Shown in pieces: positions 25,826 through 35,245 of a stretch of 64,000 bases of DNA. Each line of letters starts with the position of its first letter. Positions within the stretch are counted from its first letter, which is position 1. A program made the position numbers and the translations under genes. The notes beneath the pieces are model-generated. The model was not told the origin of the DNA and did not search any database. It saw only the letters and a list, made by a program, of their open reading frames with translations. Location of the stretch: positions 128,001-192,000 of the forward strand of contig CAVTHO010000004.1 of assembly GCA_963734545.1 (NCBI GenBank), given 5' to 3'. Source of the DNA: an uncultured Spirochaetota bacterium (GTDB lineage: Bacteria > Spirochaetota > Spirochaetia > SZUA-6 > Fen-1364).

Positions 25826-26170
25826 CTATGGCCTTTCCGGCAGCCGGTCTCCAGGGAAGCCGTTGCAGGCGTGGATCTCGTAGACAAACACTCCCGCCTT
25901 CACGCCTGGGTCATCGTCCATGACCTTCCTGATTTCATCCACAGTGCCGTTGAAGATGCCTACTCCGCTCACGTCGCTCCCGTCCCGGACCGGACAAACG
26001 ATGGAGAGGATGCCTTCCGCCCTGAGGGCAAAATTGCGCCTGCCATGCTCCCAGACGATCTTGTCCGCCCCCGGGCTGCCATATGCGGCAGCCTTCCTGA
26101 GGATCACGGCGCTGTACTCCCTGCTCATGGGCATCATCTGCTTCATGTATTCGTCGGTGATTTCTTTCAT
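25826..26170 (-). CDS. YCII-related domain protein
   Basis: EH..GILSIVCP..GVGIF..MDDDPGVKAGVFVYEIH pattern; GGGAG RBS upstream. Confidence 0.75.
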   Translation of the reverse strand: MKEITDEYMKQMMPMSREYSAVILRKAAAYGSPGADKIVWEHGRRNFALRAEGILSIVCPVRDGSDVSGVGIFNGTVDEIRKVMDDDPGVKAGVFVYEIHACNGFPGDRLPERP

Positions 26171-26407
26171 CTTGTTCTCCCTTACATATGCGGCTGACGG
26201 CAGCGGGCCGCGCCGAAACGCGGCCCTGATCCTTCCTTCAATGTGACTCATCGTCAAGGTATGAATCACGAGGAGTGGGGGTCTTGTACAAATGGGACAT
26301 ACCTGGGGGAGATGAGCGCGCCCGTATGGATGCGCTGAAACCGCATGTTCGCGAGGGTCTTGGAGCTCAGGCCCACGTGATCGGAGAATTCCCCGGCTCA
26401 TCCCATG

Positions 26408-27223
26408 TCATGCACCGAGGGACCACCAGTCCAGGAGATGGCCTGCCCGCTCTCCAGAAAACCCAGCTATAAGCTCAAAAGGCCCACTGTCCCGTCCCCA
26501 CACCTTTTTGATAGCCTGCCGCCTCGAGTGCACGTTCAACTTTGTATAGATGCTCTGCAGGTGGCTCTCCGCGGTTCGCTCGCTGATGAAGAGCCGGGAG
26601 GCAATTTCCGGCGTGGTCGACCCGAGCATGAGCAGGGCAAGAACTTCGATTTCCCGGCGCGAAAGCTCTGGGAATCGGTCTGCGATCTCCTCCTGAGCAG
26701 GACAAAGCCGCGATGCGGCCTGCAGTCGATCAAAGAGCGCCATGAGGTTGTTGAGATGGGGATTGACGGCCGCCAGGATTGCGCGCTCCTGGTCCGAAAA
26801 CCGCGGTGCCCAACGAGACCTGTGGAGCGAAAGCGTAAGAGGGTATTCCGCCTGGAAGGCCGCCAAGGCGAACATGAGACCATTGGGTCGGGTGAAATCA
26901 GCAACGTATTCTGAACAGGGGTAGTCACGCCAACAGATCCTCCAGCTTGCTTGAAACCTGGCCATCTCATCTTCGTCAGTCATCCATGGCTGACGATTGT
27001 AGAAGTAAGCGTTATAAGCACGCTGCGTGGAATCGGGAAGTCCGTTGCCCACGATGATTCTCGTTGTGCGCGGATCGAAGAAACCCGCTGATACGTCATA
27101 GGGAATGATTTTTTGGACAGCGTCAAAGGTCCGCCTGCAGAACTCGGCGCGTGTTCGCGCGCGGCTTACTTCAAGCAGGTACTCGTGAACTCTCGACCAG
27201 GGCACCCTTCCCCAGTTTTTCAC
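26408..27223 (-). CDS. LuxR-type helix-turn-helix transcriptional regulator with N-terminal GAF-like sensor region
   Basis: LSRREIEVLALLMLGSTTPEIASRLFISERTAESHLQSIYTKLNV; start GTG 27223 is approximate. Confidence 0.85.
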   Translation of the reverse strand: MKNWGRVPWSRVHEYLLEVSRARTRAEFCRRTFDAVQKIIPYDVSAGFFDPRTTRIIVGNGLPDSTQRAYNAYFYNRQPWMTDEDEMARFQASWRICWRDYPCSEYVADFTRPNGLMFALAAFQAEYPLTLSLHRSRWAPRFSDQERAILAAVNPHLNNLMALFDRLQAASRLCPAQEEIADRFPELSRREIEVLALLMLGSTTPEIASRLFISERTAESHLQSIYTKLNVHSRRQAIKKVWGRDSGPFELIAGFSGERAGHLLDWWSLGA

Positions 27224-27427
27224 GTTATCATTTTCAACCTGTACAAATTCGAATGAATTATAGCATGGCAGAATACCCTCCACAATGTCCTCTTGTCTGA
27301 AATCCGTACTTTGTACGGAAGTCACCAAGATCCAGGCGAGGTAGGATTTGCGCCAAATAGCCCGCAGGCTGAAACAGGGAGAAGCGGGGCCAGGGGCACA
27401 ACCACTGCCCTCATGGAGGAAGATGCC

Positions 27428-29851
27428 ATGAAAAAGCCGAGGAAGATTGTCTTGAGCTGTGCCGCAGCCTGCGTGCTGCTTGTCTCCCTGGTTTCCTGCC
27501 CCAGCCCCAACGAAACTCCAAAGAGCACCAACGCTGATCTGAGCGCTTTGGCGATCAGCTCCGGCATCCTCATACCGGCGTTCGCGGCTGGCATTACAAC
27601 CTACAATGTGACAGTGGGAAGCGCTGTCAATAACATCACTGTCACCGCTGCCAAGGCACACTCGGGCGCCAGGATCGAGCTGCGGACGAACGGAGGAAGC
27701 TGGACGGAGATCTCCTCGGGGACTCCTTCGCCCTCGCTGAGCATGAGCGATGGGTCGAACACCGTGGAGCTCCAGGTGACGGCCGAGGACGCAACCACAA
27801 CCAAGACCTACACGATCAGCGTGTACCGGCTGAGCGCCCAGGCGCTTCTCAGCGCCTTGAGCACAAGCTCCGGCACCCTCTCCCCGGCCTTTGATGCGAA
27901 CACGGCGAGCTACGCCGTGAGCCTGTCCAATGCGGCAAGCTCTCTGACGGTTACCGCGACGACGGCGCAACCGGGGGCGACGATGCAGGTGCGGGTCAGC
28001 AGCGAGGTTTGGCAGGCGGCCGCCTCGGGCAGTCCCTCTCCCCCACTCTCGCTGAACGTTGGAGACAATGCCGTGGAGGTGAAGGTGACGGCGGAGGACG
28101 GTCTCACCTCGAACACATACACCGTCACTGCGCATCGGAAAAGCGTGGATGCGGACTTGTGCGGGCTGGTGCCCAGCGCAGGGACGCTCAGTCCTGTCTT
28201 TGATGCGTCGATAGCCTCCTACACGACGAATGTGGGCAATGCGGTGAGCTCGATCACGGTGACAGCCACTGCGTCGTATTCGCTTTCCACGATCGAGGCC
28301 CAGGTGAACGGCGGGGGATGGCAGACGTGCACCTCCGGCACCCCTTCTCCGTCGCTTTCGCTGAACGTGGGGGACAACACCGTGGTTGTGCGAGTGACCG
28401 CGGAAGACGGGAGCCCTCAGAAGAGCTACAACCTCACGGTGCGCCGCCGGAATGGGAACGCGAATTTGTCTGGCCTGACCATCGGCTCAGGGACGTTGAA
28501 TCCAGCCTTCAGCGCATCGACGACGAGCTACACCGACACGGTGTCGAACGGGATCGGCTCGGTGAGCGTTACACCGACAGCCGCAAGCTCCCTTTCCACG
28601 ATCCAGGTGCAGGTGAATGGTGGTGGGTGGCAGGGGGTCAGCTCGGGCAGCCCTTCTCCAGGGTTGAGCCTGAACCTGGGGACAAACACCGTTGAAGTGA
28701 AGGTGACGGCTGAGGACACGAGCATTACGAAGACCTACACGATTTTCGTTGTGCGCAGGTACGCGGGGGCGCTGGATATCGACTTCGCAGCCGGGGCAGG
28801 GGCAAACAACACTGTATACTCGCTTGCAGTGCAAGGCGACGGCAAGATCCTCATCGGAGGTGCCTTCACAACCTACAACGGCACCTCCCGGGGATGCATC
28901 GCGCGACTGAACAGTGACGGCAGCCTGGATACCTCCTTTGCGGCAGGAGCCGGGGCAAACGGTGTTGTGTACTCGATCGTGCCGCAAAGCAGCGGCAAAA
29001 TCCTCATTGCAGGGTCCTTCACGAGCTACGATGGCACCCCGCGAGGGCGTGTAGCGCGGCTGAACAGCGACGGCAGCCTGGATACCTCCTTCGCAGCCGG
29101 AACCGGAGCTGACGGTCGCATAGCCTCGATCGCGGTGCAGAGCGACGGAAAGATCGTCATAGTTGGAGGATTCAACGCCTACAATGGCACGGCAGCAACG
29201 TTCATTGCGCGGCTCAACAGCAGTGACGGGAGCCTGGACACTACCTTCTCCGCATGGACGAGCGGCCCGATAGATGCTGTCGCAGTGCAACAGAGCGATG
29301 GCAAAATCCTCATTTGCGGCGGGTTCGGCAAGTGCAACGGCGTCTCCCAGAGATGCATTGCACGGCTGAACAGTGATGGCAGCCTGGACGCCACACTTGT
29401 TTCCAAGGCCGCGGCAAGTGAGATCCTCTCGATGGCAGTCCAGAGCAACGGCAAAATTCTCATAGGGGGGTACTTCACCGCCTATGACAGTACGAGCCGC
29501 GGGCGCATTGCGCGGTTGAACACCGATGGCAGCCTGGATACTACCTTCGCCTTCGGGGTCGGCGCGAACGAGGGCGTGTACTCGATCGCGGTGCAGAGCA
29601 CGAGTGTCCTTTACATCCTGGTCGGTGGTATCTTCACGGCCTATGACAGCACCAGCCGGGGATACGTTTCACGCATGACATACCTGGATGGCAGCCTCAA
29701 TGCCGGGTTCCTTACCGTCGGTGCCGGCGCAAATGGCTGGGTAAAATCAGTCGCCGTGCAGAGCGACGGGAGGATCCTCATTGGCGGCGAATTCACAACG
29801 TACAATGGAACCACTCGAGGCCATATCGCGCGGCTGTGGGGTGATGATTAG
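27428..29851 (+). CDS. Surface lipoprotein with 4 cadherin-like beta-sandwich domains and 7 delta-60-type repeats
   Basis: Lipobox LVSLVS-C; four ~100 aa repeats (xAxLxxL..PAF..VTAED..TY); seven repeats of the form SLDTSF..AVQSDGKILIGG.F..Y.G..R..IARLNSDG. Confidence 0.88.
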   Translation: MKKPRKIVLSCAAACVLLVSLVSCPSPNETPKSTNADLSALAISSGILIPAFAAGITTYNVTVGSAVNNITVTAAKAHSGARIELRTNGGSWTEISSGTPSPSLSMSDGSNTVELQVTAEDATTTKTYTISVYRLSAQALLSALSTSSGTLSPAFDANTASYAVSLSNAASSLTVTATTAQPGATMQVRVSSEVWQAAASGSPSPPLSLNVGDNAVEVKVTAEDGLTSNTYTVTAHRKSVDADLCGLVPSAGTLSPVFDASIASYTTNVGNAVSSITVTATASYSLSTIEAQVNGGGWQTCTSGTPSPSLSLNVGDNTVVVRVTAEDGSPQKSYNLTVRRRNGNANLSGLTIGSGTLNPAFSASTTSYTDTVSNGIGSVSVTPTAASSLSTIQVQVNGGGWQGVSSGSPSPGLSLNLGTNTVEVKVTAEDTSITKTYTIFVVRRYAGALDIDFAAGAGANNTVYSLAVQGDGKILIGGAFTTYNGTSRGCIARLNSDGSLDTSFAAGAGANGVVYSIVPQSSGKILIAGSFTSYDGTPRGRVARLNSDGSLDTSFAAGTGADGRIASIAVQSDGKIVIVGGFNAYNGTAATFIARLNSSDGSLDTTFSAWTSGPIDAVAVQQSDGKILICGGFGKCNGVSQRCIARLNSDGSLDATLVSKAAASEILSMAVQSNGKILIGGYFTAYDSTSRGRIARLNTDGSLDTTFAFGVGANEGVYSIAVQSTSVLYILVGGIFTAYDSTSRGYVSRMTYLDGSLNAGFLTVGAGANGWVKSVAVQSDGRILIGGEFTTYNGTTRGHIARLWGDD

Positions 29852-30000
29852 TCAGCAGACACAACGCATGAAACCGGCACAGCTTCACCTGGTCAGGCCT
29901 CGGGAGACGGCGGGAAGGTTGCGATGGACGCAAGGCTGGGGCTGCGCCACATGGAGCGAATGTACTATTCGAGCGGCACGCAGGCAGTACGGCTAGCCCA

Positions 30001-30576
30001 TTAAAAACGGAAGCCAACAGACAGCGCTGCGCGTGGGATTATCTCCGTGCTCTCATCAAGGGGATCGTTTGACTGGAGCGGTCCGTAGGCCAGGCCGAGC
30101 GCGATATCTATGTCGATGTTCCATGGAAGAAGAAACTGGTAGCCGAGCGATAGACCCAATCCTTCGCCAGTCGCCCTGAAGTCTTGATCTGAGCTGTAGC
30201 TCACTGCAAAGGCGGGACCTATGAAGAGTCCACTCAGCCCGTTCTGAAAGGGATGCCAATCCAGTTCAACCCACAGGATTGCGAGGAAAGACGAATAAGT
30301 GCCGTGATCCGCCCAGGTGAAGCTGGGCGCGATAGCCAGCACCAGGTGGTCAGAGAGGACACGCTCATAGCTCAGGTACACCGGGTATACGGTTGTGCCT
30401 TCCTTTGCGAGGAGGTTCAGGACAATGGGCATTGCCAGGTCTATGGACACCTCGTTCTTCTCTTTGCCGAAATCGGTGTCGGCGGCCACTGCAATAATCG
30501 GCGCTAAGAACAACAGTACGGTGGCGAACACCAGGGCCAGAGGTGCGCGGAATCTACTCATGAACTTCTCCTCCAT
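30001..30576 (-). CDS. Outer-membrane beta-barrel-like protein (DUF3575-like)
   Basis: Signal peptide, alternating beta-strand pattern, LSYER, GLSGLFIGP, LGYQF, C-terminal SVGFRF. Confidence 0.7.
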   Translation of the reverse strand: MEEKFMSRFRAPLALVFATVLLFLAPIIAVAADTDFGKEKNEVSIDLAMPIVLNLLAKEGTTVYPVYLSYERVLSDHLVLAIAPSFTWADHGTYSSFLAILWVELDWHPFQNGLSGLFIGPAFAVSYSSDQDFRATGEGLGLSLGYQFLLPWNIDIDIALGLAYGPLQSNDPLDESTEIIPRAALSVGFRF

Positions 30577-30802
30577 GCAACTTGTAGGCTGCTAGGACTA
30601 TCGATCAGTAGGCTTGTCGCAGGTACGCCGTCCCATTTTGTTCGCCAGCGGCTACTTCTTGCCTTGGATTGTATGTCATCAAGTCAGAAATTTCAAGCAA
30701 AAACTATTATAATCTCCAATTAAGGGGCCGGTACTCATGAGAGACTGAATTGGATGGTATTGTTATATCAAAATGATATTGATGTAATGCTGCCCTATGT
30801 GC

Positions 30803-31349
30803 CTCCTGCTCTGCGCTACAAACCTCCTCGCCTCTGCCGCGATCCTCGCCCCCGAGGTGTCTACTGACAACCCCGCACGCGCCACCACCACTTCTCCTGA
30901 CCCGATCCCTGCATTCATCCGCCTCAGCGCGCTCGAGAGCCTCGGCGCTTCCCACCTCTCCCAGAAGCCCCTCCACCGCCACCGTGGCCTCTTTCGCGTC
31001 ATAGCTCATCCCGCTCACAAGCAGCGTACCCGCGTTCCGCGAGCTGTCCTCTGCGCTCGCTCCCACCTCTGAGAGTATCGCCTCGTTGCCTGCCTGCCCT
31101 GCCTTCTCCCGCGTGGCCTCCACCCATGCAAGCTTGCTCTCTCCCATGTTCAGGTAGGCCTGCCTCCACGCCTCGCTCTTCTCCCCATACTCCTGCTGGA
31201 AGCCCTGCCTCCACTGCACAAGGGCTCGCCCCAGCTTCTCCTGGCTGCTCGCCCATGCGCTTGCCGCCTGGGCCCTCACCAGCCCCACCTGTGCGTACCA
31301 CCCCTGCCGTCTGTCTCCAAGGTCCTGCACTGACCGCGCCCAGTCCTGC
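30803..31349 (-). repeat. Orphan, truncated direct-repeat copy of an internal segment (39645-40190) of the giant protein gene
   Basis: CTCCTGCTCTGCGCTACAAACCTCCTCG...GGTCCTGCACTGAC aligns along its length to 39645-40190 with scattered substitutions. The translation QDLGDRRQGWYAQVGLVRA... is nearly identical. No evident start context or toxin tip. Confidence 0.95.
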
Positions 31350-31536
31350 CTTTTTTATAGAGGCTGTGAGGAAAGAGAAGAATCTGTAGGGGGAGCACGC
31401 TCGACTGAAGAGGGACGGCGTAGGTACGGAAGTGCAAGCTCATCTTACGCGGCTCCCCCTCGCTACGGACTCCTCGGCTCGCTCCGCGAGCCTGCGGGGT
31501 CCTCCGCTACCCCCTCTGGGTTATCTACGGGGCCGC

Positions 31537-32019
31537 CTAAAGAATCCACCGCCAGAGGCGGTGGATTTCAGGCGGGCCTCTAAAAGAGGCCTCTTCGCGC
31601 TCCTTCTCCTCGAGCCGCTCCTTTTCTTCCTGGTATCGCACATAGCGGCGTATCTTTTCCTCGTCCAGCCCTATGGTCGTTACGCAGTAGCCGCGGCTCC
31701 AGAAATGATTTCCCCAGTACGGTTTCCGCCTCAGGTTCCTGTAGGTCTTGAACAATCCTATTGCTGTCTTACCCTTTATGAATCCCATTAACTCTGATAT
31801 CGATACTTTTGGAGGAACGATCACCACCAGATGCACATGATCCGTCATCACTTTCAGTTCTTCTATCTCACTATGCTTCCACTCGCAGATCGACCTGATA
31901 CGTTCTTCGATGTACTTCGTTACAGGTCCTTCTAGAATCCGAAATCGATATTTGGGGCACCACACCACGTGATAACTACACTGGTAGACCACGTGCGACT
32001 GCTTTTTCCATTTCGCCAT
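31537..32019 (-). CDS. tnpA: IS200/IS605 family Y1 (HUH) transposase
   Basis: YHVVWCPKYR, DHVHL (HUH), IKGKT, FWSRGY, IRRYVRYQ (catalytic Tyr). Confidence 0.95.
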   Translation of the reverse strand: MAKWKKQSHVVYQCSYHVVWCPKYRFRILEGPVTKYIEERIRSICEWKHSEIEELKVMTDHVHLVVIVPPKVSISELMGFIKGKTAIGLFKTYRNLRRKPYWGNHFWSRGYCVTTIGLDEEKIRRYVRYQEEKERLEEKEREEASFRGPPEIHRLWRWIL

Positions 32020-32100
32020 GTTTCGATCTTATTCGCTATCGGTCTTACGGCAAAGCCATCAGGACATAACCACCGCCATAGGCGGTGGGCTGCTAAGATT
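31537..32100 (-). mobile_element. IS200/IS605 family element (tnpA only)
   Basis: Near-identical subterminal hairpins AATCCACCGCC-AGA-GGCGGTGGATT (31543-31567) and CCACCGCC-ATA-GGCGGTGG (32070-32088) flank tnpA; exact ends approximate. Confidence 0.88.
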
Positions 32101-32269
32101 TCATAAAATGTGCTTAATGAGAATCCCATGGACTACTCTCCACAGCCTCCCTATCTACCGCACTTACTGCAATTGCCCTCTATTCCTTTGAAGCATCGGG
32201 CAGTATCATGCTTGTATATGTCATTGGAGCCGTGCATGCTTCGCAGAATGCCACACGGGGAAATCGTCG

Positions 32270-33865
32270 ATGTCTGATCCGATGGCAATAGCCGACGTCT
32301 CTCGGCGGTCCCTGAAACACAAGGCCGATCAGGCGCAGCGCAGCTCTTTAGGCCAGTTCTTCACCCCGCCCCTCATTGCTCGACTCATGGCCTCCATGAG
32401 CTCGCTCTCACGCGAATCCATTCGCTTTCTGGATCCGGGCGCGGGATCAGGCGCGCTCACCGCGGCGTGGGTCGCAGAGGTCTGCTCGCGCGCTGAACGG
32501 CCCCATGAGCTTACCCTCGTAGCTGTGGAGATCGATGAGAGCCTCAACCCTCAACTTGAACAGACACTCAAGGCATGCGAGCGTTCCTGTGCGGCGGTCG
32601 GGATTCGCTGCCACTGGGAGATTCGCCTTGAGGATTTCATCACCATGGCGGTGCATTCACTCGATGTGGACCTCTTCCGCGCTGAGCTGAGCAAGTTCGA
32701 CGTGACAATTCTCAATCCGCCCTATAAGAAGCTTCGAAGCGAGTCAACGAGTCGGGGCCTTTTGCATCGGCTGGGAATCGAGACGAGCAATCTGTATACC
32801 GCCTTCGTCTCCCTCGCGCTGCTTCTCTTGAACGATGGCGGCGAGCTCGTCGCCATCACCCCACGAAGCTTCTGTAACGGCCCCTACTTTCGCCCCTTCC
32901 GCAAGCTTCTGCTGCACCACGCCAATCTCACCCACGTTCGTCTCTTTGAGACCCGCAATCAGGCGTTCCGCGATGATAAGGTGCTCCAGGAGAACGTGAT
33001 CCTTCGAGCAGCGAAAGGCGTTCAGCAACAATCGCACCTGCTCATCTCCCAGGCTCGATCCCCCGAGGACCCTCACCTCATCCAGAACTCCGTTCCCTTC
33101 AACCAAGTACTGAAAAGGGACGATCCTCAGGCCTTCTTCCACCTGGTCATCGATGATGAAGGCCACGCAGTGGCACGTTCAGTTGAATCACTGCCTTGCA
33201 CGCTCTCCGATCTACAGATGACGGTGAGCACGGGGCGCGTCGTTGATTTCCGCGCCAGGCAGTGGCTACGCATGCAACCTTCCGCGCAAACCGTGCCGCT
33301 TATCTACCCTGCGCACTTTCACGAGGGCAGCGTCGTGTGGCCCAAGCCTGAGAACCGCAAGCCCAACGCAATCCTTTTCGACCAGGAAAGCTCTTCTCTC
33401 ATGGTACCCACGGGTCCCTACGCCCTGGTCAGGCGCTTCTCCTCCAAGGAAGAACGCCGACGCGTGGTCGCCGCCCTCTTTGATCTCTCCCCTTCGTCAT
33501 TCTCCGTGGTGGGCTTCGAGAACCACGTCAACTACTTCCACCATGACGGCAAGCCCTTGGAACGGCTGCTCGCCAAGGGACTCGTGGCATTCCTCAACTC
33601 TACCCTTGTGGATGTCTACTTCCGCCAGTTCAACGGGCACACCCAGGTGAATGCACAAGATCTCAAAGCCTTGCGCTACCCCGATCGGAATGCTTTAATC
33701 GCACTTGGTCGTCGTCTGGGAGACATACTTCCCGAACAGGACGCTCTTGATTTGCTGGTAGAGGAAGTCATCAGGCCAAATGAGAGTAAGCATTCAGAAA
33801 CGCCGCATCGAAGAGGCCAAACAGATCCTGCTGGCTATGGGGTTGCCCAAAGAACAGCAAAATGA
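32270..33865 (+). CDS. Type II N6-adenine DNA methyltransferase (BsuBI/PstI-like, Eco57I domain)
   Basis: LGQFFTP, FLDPGAGSG (motif I), ILNPPYKK (motif IV), NLYTAF, PRSFCNGPYF, FNGHTQVNA. Confidence 0.92.
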   Translation: MSDPMAIADVSRRSLKHKADQAQRSSLGQFFTPPLIARLMASMSSLSRESIRFLDPGAGSGALTAAWVAEVCSRAERPHELTLVAVEIDESLNPQLEQTLKACERSCAAVGIRCHWEIRLEDFITMAVHSLDVDLFRAELSKFDVTILNPPYKKLRSESTSRGLLHRLGIETSNLYTAFVSLALLLLNDGGELVAITPRSFCNGPYFRPFRKLLLHHANLTHVRLFETRNQAFRDDKVLQENVILRAAKGVQQQSHLLISQARSPEDPHLIQNSVPFNQVLKRDDPQAFFHLVIDDEGHAVARSVESLPCTLSDLQMTVSTGRVVDFRARQWLRMQPSAQTVPLIYPAHFHEGSVVWPKPENRKPNAILFDQESSSLMVPTGPYALVRRFSSKEERRRVVAALFDLSPSSFSVVGFENHVNYFHHDGKPLERLLAKGLVAFLNSTLVDVYFRQFNGHTQVNAQDLKALRYPDRNALIALGRRLGDILPEQDALDLLVEEVIRPNESKHSETPHRRGQTDPAGYGVAQRTAK

Positions 33866-34730
33866 GAGGGCCGCCCTCAGGCTACTCGCGCTTGCCAATC
33901 TGCCACCGCAAAAGCCCTGGCACCAAGCAGAGGCACCCCTTCAGGGCGTAACTCCCATCATGGAGTTTGTCGCCAAGCACTACAAAAAGCTCTGGAAGCC
34001 AAACACTCGCGAGACCGTCCGCAGGTTCACCTTGCACCAATTCGAGCAGGCAGGGCTTGTCATCGCGAATCCCGATGAGCCGACGCGCCCCAGGAACAGC
34101 CCGCTGTTCTGCTATCAGATCGAAGCTAATGTTCTCAAGCTCCTCCATACTTACGGAACCCTCGAATGGGAGCCGACCCTTCGCCAATACCTCGCTGACT
34201 CTCAGACACTTGCTCAACGCTACGCCCAGGCGCGCGAGATGCGTCGTATTCCCCTCGCACTTGGTCGTGGAGAGACAATCAGACTCTCTCCTGGTGGCCA
34301 GAACACTCTGGTCAAGAAAATCGTTGAGGAGTTCTGCTCACGCTTCACACCAGGGGCCAAGCCGGTCTATGTCGGGGACACGGGAGAGAAGTGGGCCTAT
34401 TTCGATGAAGAGTATCTGAAAGGACTTGGCGTCTCCCTCGAGGAGCACGGGAAAATGCCTGACCTGGTGATCCACTTCACTCAGGAGAACTGGCTTGTCC
34501 TGATCGAAGCGGTCACCAGCCATGGCCCCATCAGCCCCAAGCGGCTTGCAGAGTTGAAGGTCTTGTTCGCGGCCAGCAAACCAGGCCTGGTGTTTGTCAC
34601 CGCATTCCTGGACAGACACACTCTGCTGAAATACATCCATGACATCGCTTGGGAGACCGAGGTCTGGGTGGCAGACTCACCCGACCACATGATTCATTTC
34701 AACGGTCAGCGTTTCCTCGGACCGTATTAA
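33780..34730 (+). CDS. BsuBI/PstI family type II restriction endonuclease
   Basis: KPNTRETVRRFTLHQF, LSPGGQN, HGKMPDLVIH..WLVLIEAVTSHGPI, IAWETEVW..PDHMIHFNG. Confidence 0.92.
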   Translation: MRVSIQKRRIEEAKQILLAMGLPKEQQNERAALRLLALANLPPQKPWHQAEAPLQGVTPIMEFVAKHYKKLWKPNTRETVRRFTLHQFEQAGLVIANPDEPTRPRNSPLFCYQIEANVLKLLHTYGTLEWEPTLRQYLADSQTLAQRYAQAREMRRIPLALGRGETIRLSPGGQNTLVKKIVEEFCSRFTPGAKPVYVGDTGEKWAYFDEEYLKGLGVSLEEHGKMPDLVIHFTQENWLVLIEAVTSHGPISPKRLAELKVLFAASKPGLVFVTAFLDRHTLLKYIHDIAWETEVWVADSPDHMIHFNGQRFLGPY

Positions 34731-34744
34731 GAGCGGCGAAGCGA

Positions 34745-35240
34745 CAAGGGTCGCTCCACCACCGTTGGACGCGCCGGGCTTCGGTTTCTGTACGCGCCTC
34801 CACTCGGCGCCGTCCTTGACGCCTCGCTCCAGCGCTACAGAAAGCCCTCCGCTATGTCCCGCACTGTCAGGGACGGTCGCATCCCAGCGCCGACAGCCCG
34901 GGCAGGAAGTAGACAGAAACACCTTTCTGTCTACCCGAGGGGCGGCCGAGCGACACACGTGCCCGCCGGTCAGATTATCAATCGGCCGACCCTGGACGCC
35001 TGCGGCGAGGGCAAGGATGCCCGAGGCGTCTCACCGAACGAAGGCCGCCCCGAAGGGCGCGCGGAGGGCTTGAGTTCAGCGCATACTTCTCATAATGGCG
35101 GCCATTATGGGAAGTAGCGCGGTGCTCCCTGGAGACGCGCCAGCGGCTCCACCCAGGCAGAACTCAAGCCCGTAGCCGCTTCCTGCACGGGGCGGAACGC
35201 GCTGGCGGCTGCCAACAGGAAGCGCTGCGCGGTCACCCGC
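34745..35240. repeat. Palindrome-rich non-coding spacer (REP/MITE-like or structured RNA)
   Basis: Perfect 12 bp inverted repeat GGGCTTGAGTTC (35066-35077)/GAACTCAAGCCC (35160-35171); TTTCTGTA/TACAGAAA and CGCTTCCTG/CAGGAAGCG pairs; no credible ORF between two convergent genes. Confidence 0.6.
35085..35115. other. dif/Xer-like pseudo-palindromic site
   Basis: ACTTCTCATAA-TGGCGGCCA-TTATGGGAAGT: 11 bp arms with the CATAA/TTATG core of XerC/XerD sites; spacer 9 bp (canonical 6-8). Confidence 0.4.
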
Positions 35241-35245
35241 ACGCA

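Larger units (their letters stand above)
31360..32149. mobile_element. Possible MITE with GAGGCTGTG terminal inverted repeats, interrupted by the IS200 element
   Basis: GAGGCTGTG (31360-31368) and CACAGCCTC (32141-32149); internal GC-rich hairpins 31385-31510; no matching target-site duplication seen. Confidence 0.4.

Noticed and set aside
27530-29840. Tandem repeats as a CRISPR array
   Set aside because: They are degenerate in-frame protein repeats with no identical repeat-spacer structure and no cas genes.
31350-31540. TnpB gene or omegaRNA associated with the IS200 element
   Set aside because: The right-end hairpin overlaps the end of tnpA, leaving no room for tnpB, and no RuvC-like ORF is present.
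32096-32125. Second dif-like site AGATTTCATAA-N8-TAATGAGAATC
   Set aside because: The arms are degenerate and it overlaps the expected IS200 left end, which explains the sequence at least as well.
32270-34730. Avoidance of CTGCAG as evidence of R-M specificity
   Set aside because: I saw no site inside the R-M genes, but 2.5 kb is too short to be meaningful and CTGCAG is common elsewhere in the window.
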